Source of the DNA: Longimicrobiales bacterium
Lineage (GTDB): Bacteria; Gemmatimonadota; Gemmatimonadetes; Longimicrobiales; Gaopeijiaceae
Reading direction: 5' to 3'
DNA: 64,000 nt
NCBI GenBank assembly: GCA_965248195.1
Contig: CBDFIQ010000001.1
Span: 1,280,001 to 1,344,000 of the forward strand
The position numbers and the translations under genes were made by a program. The number at the start of each line of letters is the position of its first letter. Positions within the stretch are counted from its first letter, which is position 1. Under the pieces are notes generated by a model. The model was not told the DNA's origin, made no database searches, and saw only the letters and a program-made list of their open reading frames with translations. Of the stretch, positions 48,554 to 58,910 are shown in pieces.

Positions 48554-51500
48554 ATGTCCAGATCAAGACGTCAAGTTCATGCCATTGATTTGTCGTACCC
48601 GCCTCGCATGAGCCAGTCGACCCGACTGAGGCCGGATGCCGAAGCGGGCCAGTCCCACTCGGCGGCCCACAGGGACGGCTCTCTCGCTCCTAATCCACCG
48701 GCGGGGCTTGTTCCCAAAGACCATCCCACCAAGCGCAGCCGTCGCGGCTCGGGGGGCGTTCGCGTGTTGGCCGCCGTCGCGTGTTTGGCCTGGCTGGCCT
48801 GGCCGACCGAGGCTTTCGCGCAGCAGGTGACGCTGAACGTGGACGCCGTTGCGGGCGACAACAAGATCAACCGGTCGGAGCACACGAACGGCATCGCCGT
48901 GAGCGGCAACACGGGTACGGAAAGCGGCGTGACTGTCGAGGTGACCATCGGCGGCACACCGTTGACGAGCGTGACCTACGCGATGAACGCGATGTGGTCG
49001 GTGAACGTGGAGCCCAGTGCGGACTACATTACCGAAACGAGCGTGGAGCTTTCCGTGACGGCCACCAAGACCGGGTTTACCAGTGCGACGGTTACGCGGA
49101 CGCTGCCGGTGGATTTGACGCCGCCGAGTGTGAGTTACACGGCGCCATCGAATCTCACGGTGGGCGTTTTGATCACGCCGATAGCTCCGACCACGAGCGA
49201 TACGGATATCGTCTCCTACGCCACTAGCGGCAGTTCCCTGCCGCTGGGACTGGCGTTGAATGGCAATACAGGTATTATCAGCGGCTCGCCGAGGACGGCC
49301 AACACCAACACGCAGACGGTGGGGGTGCTGGTCACCGACGACGCCGGCAACGTGGATCGGCCGCAGATTACATTCCCGGCGGTTGAGTTCGCATCCGGCG
49401 TAATGGTTTCGGAGACGGAACTGACGGTGCCCGAAGGCGGCTCGGCGAGCTACACGGTGAGGCTCGTCACCCAGCCGACGGATGATGTCACGATCACGGT
49501 GGAGCGGGTGACCGGCGATGAGGATCTGACGGCGAGCCCGGGTACGCTGACCTTCACGAACTCGAACTGGAGTGTGCAGCAGACAGTGACGGTCTCGGCG
49601 GCGGAAGATGACGACGGCGCGGCCGGCACTGCCCAGTTTGGCCATAAGGTGATCAGCCCCGGCACCGTCTATCACGGCGTTTCGACCCCTGGCCTCAAAG
49701 CAACCGAGGATGACAACGACACGATCGGCGTGATCGTCTCGCCGACGGCACTGTCGGTGCCGGAAGGCGGCTCGGCGACCTACACGGTGAGGCTCGGCAC
49801 CAAGCCACTGGAGGGTGATGTCACGGTCGAGGCGACCCGGGACCAACTGAGTGACGCTGACCTGACGGTGACCTCGGTAACGGATATGGATGCGGACTTT
49901 AATTCGGTTACGTTGTTATTCACGGACTTGAACTGGCATACGGCGCAGACGGTGACGGTCTCGGCGGCCGAGGACGACGCCGACGAGGTGGATGGCGTCG
50001 CGATCTTCTCTCACAGAGCGGCGACAGGCGACGAAGACTATTACGATATTTATATCGATCCAGTCACGGCGACCGAGGCCGACAACGAAAAGGTAGTGAC
50101 GGTCGTGATTCAAACGGAGGTGTCAGCTCCGGTGCGCGGCGTGTTCGAGGTGACGATCATCTTTAGCGAGGCGGTGATGGGTTTCGAGCGGAGCGAGATC
50201 GCGGTGACGAATGGTTCGGTGACCGACTTCAGTGGGTCGGCGCCGACCTATAAGGCAGAGATCACTCCCTCGAAGAGCGGTGAAGTGATCGTGGAGGTTG
50301 GGGCGAATGTGGTCGAATACGGGGTCGGCAACGGCAATATAGCGGGCGCGCCTCTGGTGCTCGAGGCGGATCTGTATCCGGTGGTGAGCTATCAGGAGGA
50401 GAGCTACACGGCGAGGGAAGGTGGAGAGACGGTGACGGTGACGGTGAAGCTGAGCGAGGGCTGGGACGAGGAGCTAGCGATCCCGATCCGGGTGACGCGG
50501 CCGCAACCAGAGTCGACGGAAGTCGACGACTATACGGTCGACGGGTTGGAGGAGTGGGATGCCCAGGAGGGCACAGGCAAGCTCACCTTCTCAGCCGGCG
50601 AAACGGAACAGACGTTCACGATTGCGGCCAACGATGACGGGGACGGGGAAGACGAAGAGCTGGAGCTGGGATTTGGGGACTTGCCGACGCCGGTGATGGC
50701 GGGGGACCCGGTCGTGGCGACGGTGACGCTCGAGGACAAGGGTTTGGTGTTGAGCTACCAGGAGGAGAGCTATACGGCGCTCGAGGGAGGAGAGGCTGCG
50801 ACAGTAACGGTGAAGCTGAGCTTCGGCTGGGACGAGGAGCTAGCGATCCCGATCCGGGTGACGCGGCCGCAACCAGAGTCGACGGAAGTCGACGACTATA
50901 CGGTCGACGGGTTGGAGGAGTGGGATGCCCAGGAGGGCACAGGCAAGCTCACCTTCTCAGCCGGCGAAACGGAACAGACGTTCACGATTGCGGCCAACGA
51001 TGACGAGGACGGGGAAGACGAAGAGCTGGAGCTGGGATTTGGGGACTTGCCGACGCCGGTGATGGCGGGGGACCCGGTCGTGGCGACGGTGACGCTCGAG
51101 GACAAGGGTTTGGTGTTGAGCTACCAGGAGGAGAGCTATACGGCGCTCGAGGGAGGAGAGGCTGCGACAGTAACGGTGAAGCTGAGCGAGGGCTGGGACG
51201 AGGAGCTAGCGATCCCGATCCGGGTGACGCGGCCGCAACCAGAGTCGACGGAAGTCGACGACTATACGGTCGACGGGTTGGAGGAGTGGGATGCCCAGGA
51301 GGGCACAGGCAAGCTCACCTTCTCAGCCGGCGAAACGGAACAGACGTTCACGATTGCGGCCAACGATGACGAGGACGGGGAAGACGAAGAGCTCGAGCTG
51401 GGATTTGGGGACTTGCCGACGCCGGTGATGGCGGGGGACCCGGTCGTGGCGACGGTGACGCTCGAGGACAAGGGTTTGGTGGAGCTCACGGTGAGCTTTG

Positions 51501-54163
51501 GGCAGGCGGAGTACGAGATTAGGGAAGGTCAGGAGGCCGACATCGAGGTGACCGTCTCACCGGCAACGGACCGACGGGTGGAAGTGCCACTGGTCGTGGT
51601 GCCCAAAGGAGGGGCAACGGACGAAGACTATAGCGGGGTGCCGGCGTCGCTAGTGTTCGAGGAAGGCGAAAGTCAGGGGACGATATCCGTAAAGGTGCTG
51701 GCGGATGAAGTGGACGATCCTGGAGAGTCGATTGTGCTGAGCTTTGGAGAGTTACCGGAGGCGGTAAGTGAAGGAGAGATCTCGCAGACAACAGTGAACT
51801 TCACTCAGCGGCGCACGGCGGAGCAGTTCTCACAAACACTGGAGGTTATGCTGGCGGTCTTAGCACGGTCGACGGCCGCGAGCGCACAGTCAGCCATTCA
51901 GGGTCGCTTCGAACGGCATCGTCAGTGGAGTCGGTTGGCGTCGTCCGGTGGGGTGCAGGGGCCGGGGACTAACGCGGCGGCGAGCGCGGACGCGGCCGAG
52001 CCAACGCAGGGATCGCGGCTGCGGAGCTTCTCGCTGGGTTCGTTAGGGAGCGTCGCACGCTCCGGCCTTTCGCACTTGAGCGCCGCTCCTAGCTACGGCA
52101 CGGACCTGAGAGGGAGCGTCTACGGTCAGGATCGACTGTATGGTTCTGGGATCGGCGACGCGCCGCTAGGGCCGGGCTCGACTGACCTCTCAGGGACGAG
52201 GGATCAAGGGTTCAGTCTTGCGGGGACCTCCTTCGAGATGGCTCTGGGCAAGCAGGAGCAGGGGACGAGCACGAGCTGGGTGCCGGTGTTGTGGGGTCAG
52301 GGGGATCTGCAGCACTTCAACGGAGACCTGGATCGGCTCGAAATGAACTATCGCGGCCGCCTCGAGGCCGCTCACGTCGGGCTGGACCTCTATGCCAACG
52401 ACAAGATGCTCGCCGGGCTGTCGTTCATGCGCAGCTGGGGAGACATGGACTACACCGACGATGGTGTAGACGGGGTCTTGGGAAGTGATCTGAACACGTT
52501 TCATCCTTATCTGTATTGGGAGCCGAACGAACGGGTGAGCATGTGGGGCTTCGGAGGCATGGGATGGGGTGAAGTGGATGTCAAAGAGCTGGGCCGGACG
52601 CACGACTTCGATGCCGACTTTCGGATGCTCGCTGGTGGCGTGAGGTCGGTGCTGTGCAGGTGGCCTTGCAATGAGTTGGCCCTGCGAGCGGATGCCTTCA
52701 CGGCGCAACTGAGGACCGATGCCACCGACGACATCGCCAAGGTGAGCGGTAAAGCCTACCGGGGACGGTTGATGCTCGAGTGGGTGCACGACCTGCCGAT
52801 GTCAGCGGGGCGATCACTGGGCCTGCAGCTGGAGGCCGGCGGACGGTTTGATGGGGGCGATGCGGATCGCGGCGCCGGCGTGGAAACGGGTCTTCGTCTG
52901 GGGTACCTGGATGCGAACCATGGACTGGACGTGGCGCTGCACGGCCGGACGCTAGTGGTGCATGAAAGCGACTACCGGGATTGGGGGTTGGGCGTACAGG
53001 CGAGCTGGGACCCGGGCGAGAAGCAGCGCGGGTTCAGGGCGTCGGTGATGTCCACGTGGGGCCGGGACGGAGGAGGCCGGACGACGCTGTGGGACAACGC
53101 CGATGTTGTCATGCGCCCAACGGGGATGGGAGCCATGAGTATGGCCTCCCAGTACCGGATGGAAAGCGAGGTGGCCTACGCCGGCATGAAGGCGCCAGGC
53201 GTACCGGGTCTGCTGACGCCCTATAGCCGGCTGCGATGGGCCGGACCGGGGCGGGAGCTGGCCTTGGGGACCGCTTGGAGCTTGTCCGCCGCCCTGCCCG
53301 CGATGTTGGAGTTCGAAGCCATGAGACGCGAAACCAGAACGGGTCCGGCCGATCTGGGGATGTCGCTGCGCGTGTCGATCCCCTTGGGCGGCATGCGGGA
53401 TGTCATCCCCAGCCGGGGCCACGTTTCCGCCCAGGCGCCCGCTCCGAAATTGATTCCGCGCGAGGTTGCCGAATCTGGCGCCGACGAGCAGCGGGCCAGC
53501 GCCGCGGCTACACAACCACCCGCCGAGCCAGTCAGTGCCCCCCAACAGGATGCGAATCCACCACCCGAACCCGCGACGCCCGAGTCGGCCTCGCCTGCTT
53601 CGCAGCCCGCGCAAGCTTCGGCCCAGCCGCAAGGCGCGGCACCTGCACCAACAACCACTGCACCGGCCAAAGGACACGAGCGCGTCGTCAATGTCCAGCC
53701 GACGCCACAGCCACGTGCAAGAACGACCCCGCAGCCCCGGTCCGCGGCATCCCCGACGCAAACCGGCGAGTTGCAAGCCCAGGTGACATTGCCGCAGCTC
53801 GACCTTCGTCGCCAATCACCGCCTGCCGTGACCCCTCCCGACGCACCGGCCCCCACGGTTTTGCCAAGCGGGGGCATCCTCGTTCAAGTGGGCGCTTTTC
53901 GGAGTGCCGAGAGGGCTGCCCGGTTCACCGACGAGTTACGGCAACAGGGTCATGCCGCGATCACGATCGGCGGCAACGACTATCACCGCATCGTCGTCGG
54001 GCCATTCCCTAGCCGGCGCGACGGTGCCAGCGCCCAATCACAGCTAGAACAACAAGGCTACCAGGGATACCTTCGAGTTGACGTGGGGCACCGGTTGGAG
54101 TCTGCCCGCTCGCTTTCAGCTGCCCCTGCTCGACCTTTTCGTCCAACTCGGGAGTTGCGATGA
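48554..54163 (+). CDS. Large autotransporter-like adhesin: Ig-like and Calx-beta-like repeats, beta-barrel, Pro-rich linker, C-terminal SPOR domain
   Basis: Signal peptide ending AFA; Ig-like domains (LPLGLALNGNTGIISGSP); LTF.AGETEQTFTI.ANDD repeats; barrel strands from LWGQGD to LRVSIPL; SPOR-like VQVGAF..YHRIVVGPF. True start may be downstream (e.g. 48608). Confidence 0.85.
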   Translation: MSRSRRQVHAIDLSYPPRMSQSTRLRPDAEAGQSHSAAHRDGSLAPNPPAGLVPKDHPTKRSRRGSGGVRVLAAVACLAWLAWPTEAFAQQVTLNVDAVAGDNKINRSEHTNGIAVSGNTGTESGVTVEVTIGGTPLTSVTYAMNAMWSVNVEPSADYITETSVELSVTATKTGFTSATVTRTLPVDLTPPSVSYTAPSNLTVGVLITPIAPTTSDTDIVSYATSGSSLPLGLALNGNTGIISGSPRTANTNTQTVGVLVTDDAGNVDRPQITFPAVEFASGVMVSETELTVPEGGSASYTVRLVTQPTDDVTITVERVTGDEDLTASPGTLTFTNSNWSVQQTVTVSAAEDDDGAAGTAQFGHKVISPGTVYHGVSTPGLKATEDDNDTIGVIVSPTALSVPEGGSATYTVRLGTKPLEGDVTVEATRDQLSDADLTVTSVTDMDADFNSVTLLFTDLNWHTAQTVTVSAAEDDADEVDGVAIFSHRAATGDEDYYDIYIDPVTATEADNEKVVTVVIQTEVSAPVRGVFEVTIIFSEAVMGFERSEIAVTNGSVTDFSGSAPTYKAEITPSKSGEVIVEVGANVVEYGVGNGNIAGAPLVLEADLYPVVSYQEESYTAREGGETVTVTVKLSEGWDEELAIPIRVTRPQPESTEVDDYTVDGLEEWDAQEGTGKLTFSAGETEQTFTIAANDDGDGEDEELELGFGDLPTPVMAGDPVVATVTLEDKGLVLSYQEESYTALEGGEAATVTVKLSFGWDEELAIPIRVTRPQPESTEVDDYTVDGLEEWDAQEGTGKLTFSAGETEQTFTIAANDDEDGEDEELELGFGDLPTPVMAGDPVVATVTLEDKGLVLSYQEESYTALEGGEAATVTVKLSEGWDEELAIPIRVTRPQPESTEVDDYTVDGLEEWDAQEGTGKLTFSAGETEQTFTIAANDDEDGEDEELELGFGDLPTPVMAGDPVVATVTLEDKGLVELTVSFGQAEYEIREGQEADIEVTVSPATDRRVEVPLVVVPKGGATDEDYSGVPASLVFEEGESQGTISVKVLADEVDDPGESIVLSFGELPEAVSEGEISQTTVNFTQRRTAEQFSQTLEVMLAVLARSTAASAQSAIQGRFERHRQWSRLASSGGVQGPGTNAAASADAAEPTQGSRLRSFSLGSLGSVARSGLSHLSAAPSYGTDLRGSVYGQDRLYGSGIGDAPLGPGSTDLSGTRDQGFSLAGTSFEMALGKQEQGTSTSWVPVLWGQGDLQHFNGDLDRLEMNYRGRLEAAHVGLDLYANDKMLAGLSFMRSWGDMDYTDDGVDGVLGSDLNTFHPYLYWEPNERVSMWGFGGMGWGEVDVKELGRTHDFDADFRMLAGGVRSVLCRWPCNELALRADAFTAQLRTDATDDIAKVSGKAYRGRLMLEWVHDLPMSAGRSLGLQLEAGGRFDGGDADRGAGVETGLRLGYLDANHGLDVALHGRTLVVHESDYRDWGLGVQASWDPGEKQRGFRASVMSTWGRDGGGRTTLWDNADVVMRPTGMGAMSMASQYRMESEVAYAGMKAPGVPGLLTPYSRLRWAGPGRELALGTAWSLSAALPAMLEFEAMRRETRTGPADLGMSLRVSIPLGGMRDVIPSRGHVSAQAPAPKLIPREVAESGADEQRASAAATQPPAEPVSAPQQDANPPPEPATPESASPASQPAQASAQPQGAAPAPTTTAPAKGHERVVNVQPTPQPRARTTPQPRSAASPTQTGELQAQVTLPQLDLRRQSPPAVTPPDAPAPTVLPSGGILVQVGAFRSAERAARFTDELRQQGHAAITIGGNDYHRIVVGPFPSRRDGASAQSQLEQQGYQGYLRVDVGHRLESARSLSAAPARPFRPTRELR
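50384..51481 (+). repeat. Three near-identical 366-bp intragenic tandem repeats
   Basis: 122-aa unit SYQEESYTA...TVTLEDKGLV starting at about 50384, 50750 and 51116. Confidence 0.95.
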
Positions 54164-54792
54164 TCGTCCACCGTTTTGTAGTGGTGACCGCGATGCTTGG
54201 GGTCAGTTCGTGTTGCCTAATAAACCCGCCGCCCCTGCTTCCGCCGTCCGGTCCAGCCATAGACTCGCTGCCGGCTGAGCAGGATTCCGTCCGTCAGGCC
54301 GAAGAGGCCGCACGTGCGGAGGCTGCGCGCCTAGCCGCCGAACGTGCCGCCGAGGCGGAGCGCCAGCGTGCCATCGCCGCCGAACGTGCCGCCGACGCGG
54401 AGCGGCAGCGTGCCATCGCCGCCGCCCGTGCCACCCTCGAAGAGATAGTCTTCTTCGACTACGACATGTCGGCGGTCCGCAATGACGCGGCAGCCGTGCT
54501 CCGCGAGAAGGTGAACATCCTCCGTGCGAGCCCACAGGTGCGCCTCCGCATTGAAGGGTACTGCGACGAGCGGGGGTCCTCCGCGTACAACCTCGCCCTG
54601 GGCAACCGTAGGGCCGAGGCGATACTTCAGTTCTTCACAGGCTTCGGGCTGTCCGAGAGCCGCTTCGACATCGAGTCTTTCGGCGAGGGCCGACCTCTGG
54701 TGCAGGGCTCGAACGAGGGTGCCTGGGCGAGGAACCGGCGCGTCGAGTTCGTGATCACGGCAGGTGCGGACGCCATCAATCCGCCCGAGTGA
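54160..54792 (+). CDS. pal: Peptidoglycan-associated lipoprotein-like (OmpA C-terminal domain)
   Basis: Lipobox-like VSSC; VFFDYD, IEGYCDERGS..YNLALG.RRA, SFGE.RP, NRRVEF; ATGA overlap with the adhesin. Confidence 0.88.
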   Translation: MIVHRFVVVTAMLGVSSCCLINPPPLLPPSGPAIDSLPAEQDSVRQAEEAARAEAARLAAERAAEAERQRAIAAERAADAERQRAIAAARATLEEIVFFDYDMSAVRNDAAAVLREKVNILRASPQVRLRIEGYCDERGSSAYNLALGNRRAEAILQFFTGFGLSESRFDIESFGEGRPLVQGSNEGAWARNRRVEFVITAGADAINPPE

Positions 54793-55124
54793 CGGAGTGA
54801 CCTCTACGTGGCCCTTCCTCCGGTACGCGGGGGGAACCGCCGAGCGCTGGGCCACGCGCCGTGGCCGAACCCCTAACTATAGCTAGCTAGCTGCTAGGCA
54901 GTGCGCCTTGGCATATGGGAATCCCCGCCCCAGCGCGACGGTTCGCACATAGACGTATCATGGACTGGCCTTTCCATCGTGTGAACCTGGAGATTGACAG
55001 GAGATGCTCTGAGGGAGCCAGGAGGTCATCAGAAGATCCGAGGTGTTTGCATGACACTTCAATGGCTGCTGAATGATCGACCTGGCGGGAAGTCGGCAAG
55101 AATCGCGGCTGAGGGGAAACGACG

Positions 55125-55559
55125 ATGACGAACGAAGCACGACAAGGCGGGGCGATGATCATTCCGGGTCTGCGCTACACGGATGCGCCGGCCGCGGTGG
55201 AATGGCTGTGCGCGGCATTCGGCTTCGAGAAGCACCTGGTGGTGGGGGGTGCCGAGGGCAAGATCGCGCATGCCCAACTCACCTATCGCAACAGCATGAT
55301 CATGCTCAGCTCGGGTGGTGAGAGGTCCTATGACGGCCTGTTCGTCCAGCCCGCCGAGGTCGGTGCGGTAACTCAGGCAACCTATGTGATCGTTGACGAT
55401 GTCGACGACCATTGTACGCGGGCACGCGATGCTGGTGCCGAGATCGTGATGGAGCCGACCGATCAGGACTATGGCGGTCGGCTCTACACGTGCCGCGATC
55501 CCGAGCAGCACGTGTGGAACTTCGGCTCGTTCAACCCATGGACCGACCCAGGCCACTAA
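55125..55559 (+). CDS. VOC/glyoxalase family protein (PhnB-like)
   Basis: LRYTDAPAAVEWL..AFGF, HAQL, DQDYGGR...RDPE.HVWNFG. Confidence 0.9.
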   Translation: MTNEARQGGAMIIPGLRYTDAPAAVEWLCAAFGFEKHLVVGGAEGKIAHAQLTYRNSMIMLSSGGERSYDGLFVQPAEVGAVTQATYVIVDDVDDHCTRARDAGAEIVMEPTDQDYGGRLYTCRDPEQHVWNFGSFNPWTDPGH

Positions 55560-55692
55560 TATCGACGTCCGGCACAAACTGGCGTCTCCGCCTCCCGCTG
55601 GCAGACAGGGGCGGTTGTGGATGCGCCCTTCGTAGACTGATGTTCCTGTCGTTGGCCGGCCCGCAGCTACATTCCTTTAAGGAGGTAATCCG

Positions 55693-55935
55693 ATGACCAT
55701 GGAAACGGTGAGCGCTTTTCTAGGGTGGTGCACGATCATTAATCTAGGGATTCTTATCTGGTGGCTTCTGTTCGTTACCCTGGCGCACAACTTTACCTAT
55801 CGCTATCACCGAAAGCTCATCAACATCTCGATGGAGACGTTTGATGCGATCCATTACGGCGGCATGGCAGTCTTTAAGTTTGGAGTGCTGTTGTTCAATC
55901 TGGTGCCGTATCTGGCCTTGAAGATCGTCGGCTGA
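55693..55935 (+). CDS. Small membrane protein (DUF6868-like)
   Basis: FLGWCTIINLGIL..W and FNLVPYLAL; strong AAGGAGG RBS. Confidence 0.75.
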   Translation: MTMETVSAFLGWCTIINLGILIWWLLFVTLAHNFTYRYHRKLINISMETFDAIHYGGMAVFKFGVLLFNLVPYLALKIVG

Positions 55936-56119
55936 GGCGGATGTGATGATGTAGGAGCGGGGGTACGACGATCCGGACATTCTGACCCCCAGGTCGGGCT
56001 GGGGCTCTTTTGCCCGGGGACGGAATTGGCGTTGTGAATCGCACAACTGGGCATGCAAATTATGCAGGCCAAGCCCCGAGAACTTCGGTACACTCAGACA
56101 GCTTAGGAGAGAGGGCAGA

Positions 56120-56959
56120 GTGAAACAGATATTCTTGCTAGCGGTGGTTTTCTTTGTTTCTTCCGATCATGTGTGGGCCTAGGACGGATGGTACATAGGG
56201 ACGGACTTGGAAATCACGATAGTTCCAGGCATGAATGTGAACGGCACCGATAATGATTGGAGTACAAAATGCGACCTAATCACCAATCCGACTCAGGCGG
56301 AAATCGGTGATGGCTGCACATCCGCGCCGCCTCCAACTTCGTGGTCGAATGAAGTGGACGGAGGCCGTGGGATACTGGCAGCACTCGCCGTCGGATATCG
56401 CCGAGGACATCTGAGGGTCGAGGGAGAGTATTTCTATCGAACCACGAGCTATGATGATTACTCCCCGACGCGTATTGGCGACGAGGAGACACTGACCAAG
56501 GCCGACCAAGAACTCGAAATCGCAGATGGTGGAGTCGACGACCTGTTAGCGCACAACTTGTTCGGCAATCTGTATTATGACTTCGCTCTCAACTCACGGA
56601 TAACACCCTACGTGGGGGTCGGCGCAGGTGTTGCACGAGTGTCGCTCGATTACTTCAGTCGATGGAAGCGCAATGACGATCCCGGCCAAATCGAGACATT
56701 TCATGACCCTGTCCGGAGGGCCAGTATTGCCGGCACGAGCACCATCGGTATGGCCAAGTTGTCGGACACGTTGCTTGCCTACCAAGCCGTTGCAGGTGTG
56801 GATTATCAAGTCAGCGAACGAATCACTATGGGGTTCAAGGTGCGATGGGTGAACGTCGGCGAATTCGAGGATGGAGCGGAGTGGGATCAACTCCATGGCG
56901 CGACAACGGATGACATTTCGTTTTGGGGGATCAGTTTCAACACGAAGTATCGGTTCTGA
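56120..56959 (+). pseudogene. Paralog of the 47063-48022 beta-barrel with a premature TAG at 56180
   Basis: GTG 56120 gives a signal peptide ending VWA*DGWY where the paralog has LAQDGWY; the rest is collinear and ends YRF. Confidence 0.85.
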
Positions 56960-57064
56960 CTCAATGCGATCCGGCCTTCGGCTTTCTTGATTTCCTAGGT
57001 CGGCCGTCCCGTCTCGTCCAGTTCCCAATGTCGACTCGGGCACTCGTAAGGCGAGTTGAGGACA

Positions 57065-57534
57065 TGATCGGCCCCCCATTGTGGTACCACCTACTGTGTT
57101 AGTCCAACCGCCTCCTGAAGCCTGGGGAGAGGGCCGCAGAGTGCCGGGAGTTTCAGGAAGGCCGGATCGGGCTGGATCGCTTCCGGAGCCGGGGGCCGGT
57201 AGCCCAGAGAGCTATGAGGACGGATGGTGTTGTACTCGCGCCGCCACTGTTCGATGAGCACCTTCGCCTCCTCCAACGAATAGAAGGTTTCCCGCTTCAG
57301 AAGCTCCTCGCCGAGTGTTGCATTGAAGCTCTCGTTATAGCCATTCTCCCACGGGCTTGCCGGCGTGATGAATAACGTCCGTACCCCCAGTTGCTTCAAC
57401 CACCCTCGAACCACCGTAGCCGTGAACTCCGGGCCATTGTCCGAGCGGATGTGCGCTGGTGGACCGTGCCGGACAAAGAGCTCGGTCAGCGCCTCCAAGA
57501 CATCGTCCGCCTGCAGCCGCCGAGCCACGAGGAT
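57065..57534 (-). mobile_element. IS3-family remnant (C-terminal rve part + right terminal repeat)
   Basis: IRSDNGPEF, PASPWENGYNESFN, YNTIRPHSSLGY.PP; terminus TGATCGGCCCCCC at 57065; 5' part cut off by IS256. Confidence 0.88.
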
Positions 57535-58910
57535 GGTCAAGTCCCGATTTGTGTGTAAAAGCGGAGGAAGCTCCTCGCCTTCGGCTAGGCTGCTTGGGCG
57601 ACCTCCTGTTTCTGGAGGAGTGAGAGGTCGAGGTAACGCCGGTCGCCCCAGACGTGTGTGGTCCTGAGTGCGACGGCCGTGATGAGCCTGAGGGCGCTGG
57701 CCCGGTCCGGGAAGGCGCCGGCGGCCTTGATCCTGCGTTTGATCTCGCCGTGCAGCCGCTCGAGGCTGTTGGTGGTACGCAGCCGGGGCCAGTGCGCCTC
57801 GGGGAACGCGTAGAACTGCGTCGCTGCCCCGAAGCCCCGCTCCAGGACCTCCACGGCCTCGGGCAGCTCCTTCTTCCAGCGTGCGCCGAACTCGCCCAGG
57901 AGCTTCTTCGCCTCGGCGAGTCCGGATGTCTGGAAGATCACCGAGACCTCACGCGCCACGCGCTTGCGTAGGCGGTGGGGGACCCTCGCCCCCACATTAC
58001 GCTGCAGATGGACCGTACACCTCTGACGGCGTGCCTCGGGCAGGAAGCGGCGGACCGCAGCTGCCAGGCCTGCGTGCTCATCGGCGATCACGAGCTCGAC
58101 ACCGCCGAGGCCGCGGTCCTGGAGTTGCTCGAGGAGCTCCGACCAGCTCTGCTGCGACTCCTCAGCGCCCAGCGTGACGGCCAGGAGCCGTCGGTGACCC
58201 TCAGGGCCCACTGCATACGCCACGAGCGCACTCACGTTCTCGACTTTGCGGGCCCAGCGGGCGTCCAAGAACGTGGCGTCCAGGTACAGATAGGGGTGAG
58301 GCCCCTCGATCGGCGCACGGCGCAGCCCTTCCACGGCCTCGTCGAGCCGTTTTGCCACACGACTCACCGTCGAGCGCCCAACACGCTCGCCCATCAGCGC
58401 CTCGGTGACGTCGCCCATCTTGCGCTGTGACACGCCGCTCACATACGCCTCGACCATCATCTCGTCGAGCTCGGGGCTCCTGCGCTGGTAGCGGCCGATC
58501 ACGTCGGCCGGCGAACCGTTGTCCCGGCTCCGGGGCATGGCGACCTCGATCTGCCCCAGGCTCGTCAGCAGCCGCCTCAGGTATGTGCCGTTCCTATGGT
58601 CCTTCCGGCTTCCCACCCGCTCGAAGCGGCGTGCACCTACCATGGCCTTCAGCTCCTCTTCCAGCACCATCTCGAGCGTCAGCCGGATCGCGCCTTGAAA
58701 CAGCTCGCGCAAATCATCGCGTAGCTCGTCTTGCGTGGCCCGACCGATCTCCACAATCTCTTGCATCGGAAGCTCCTCTCCGGTTCCGAGCCTGCTCTGC
58801 AGACCCGGACTCCCGGGTTCATGTGACAGTGAACAACAACAGAGGAGCTTCCGTTTTTCTTTCCCTCCTGTCCAGCTTATCCGCTTTTACACAAATCTAG
58901 GGACACTACC
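57535..58910 (-). mobile_element. IS256-family insertion sequence
   Basis: Imperfect TIRs GGTCAAGTCCC..TGTGTAAAAGCGGA and (reverse complement) GGTAGTGTCCC..TGTGTAAAAGCGGA enclosing a transposase. Confidence 0.92.
57585..58766 (-). CDS. IS256-family (Mutator) transposase
   Basis: RNGTY.R, GVSQR, YLYLDA, IADEHAGL, QRCTVH, RTTNSLER..EIKRR. Confidence 0.95.
   Translation of the reverse strand: MQEIVEIGRATQDELRDDLRELFQGAIRLTLEMVLEEELKAMVGARRFERVGSRKDHRNGTYLRRLLTSLGQIEVAMPRSRDNGSPADVIGRYQRRSPELDEMMVEAYVSGVSQRKMGDVTEALMGERVGRSTVSRVAKRLDEAVEGLRRAPIEGPHPYLYLDATFLDARWARKVENVSALVAYAVGPEGHRRLLAVTLGAEESQQSWSELLEQLQDRGLGGVELVIADEHAGLAAAVRRFLPEARRQRCTVHLQRNVGARVPHRLRKRVAREVSVIFQTSGLAEAKKLLGEFGARWKKELPEAVEVLERGFGAATQFYAFPEAHWPRLRTTNSLERLHGEIKRRIKAAGAFPDRASALRLITAVALRTTHVWGDRRYLDLSLLQKQEVAQAA

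Noticed and set aside
56180..56182. Amber recoding (pyrrolysine or alternative code)
   Set aside because: TAG is a normal stop for many genes here; a CAG-to-TAG nonsense change is simpler.
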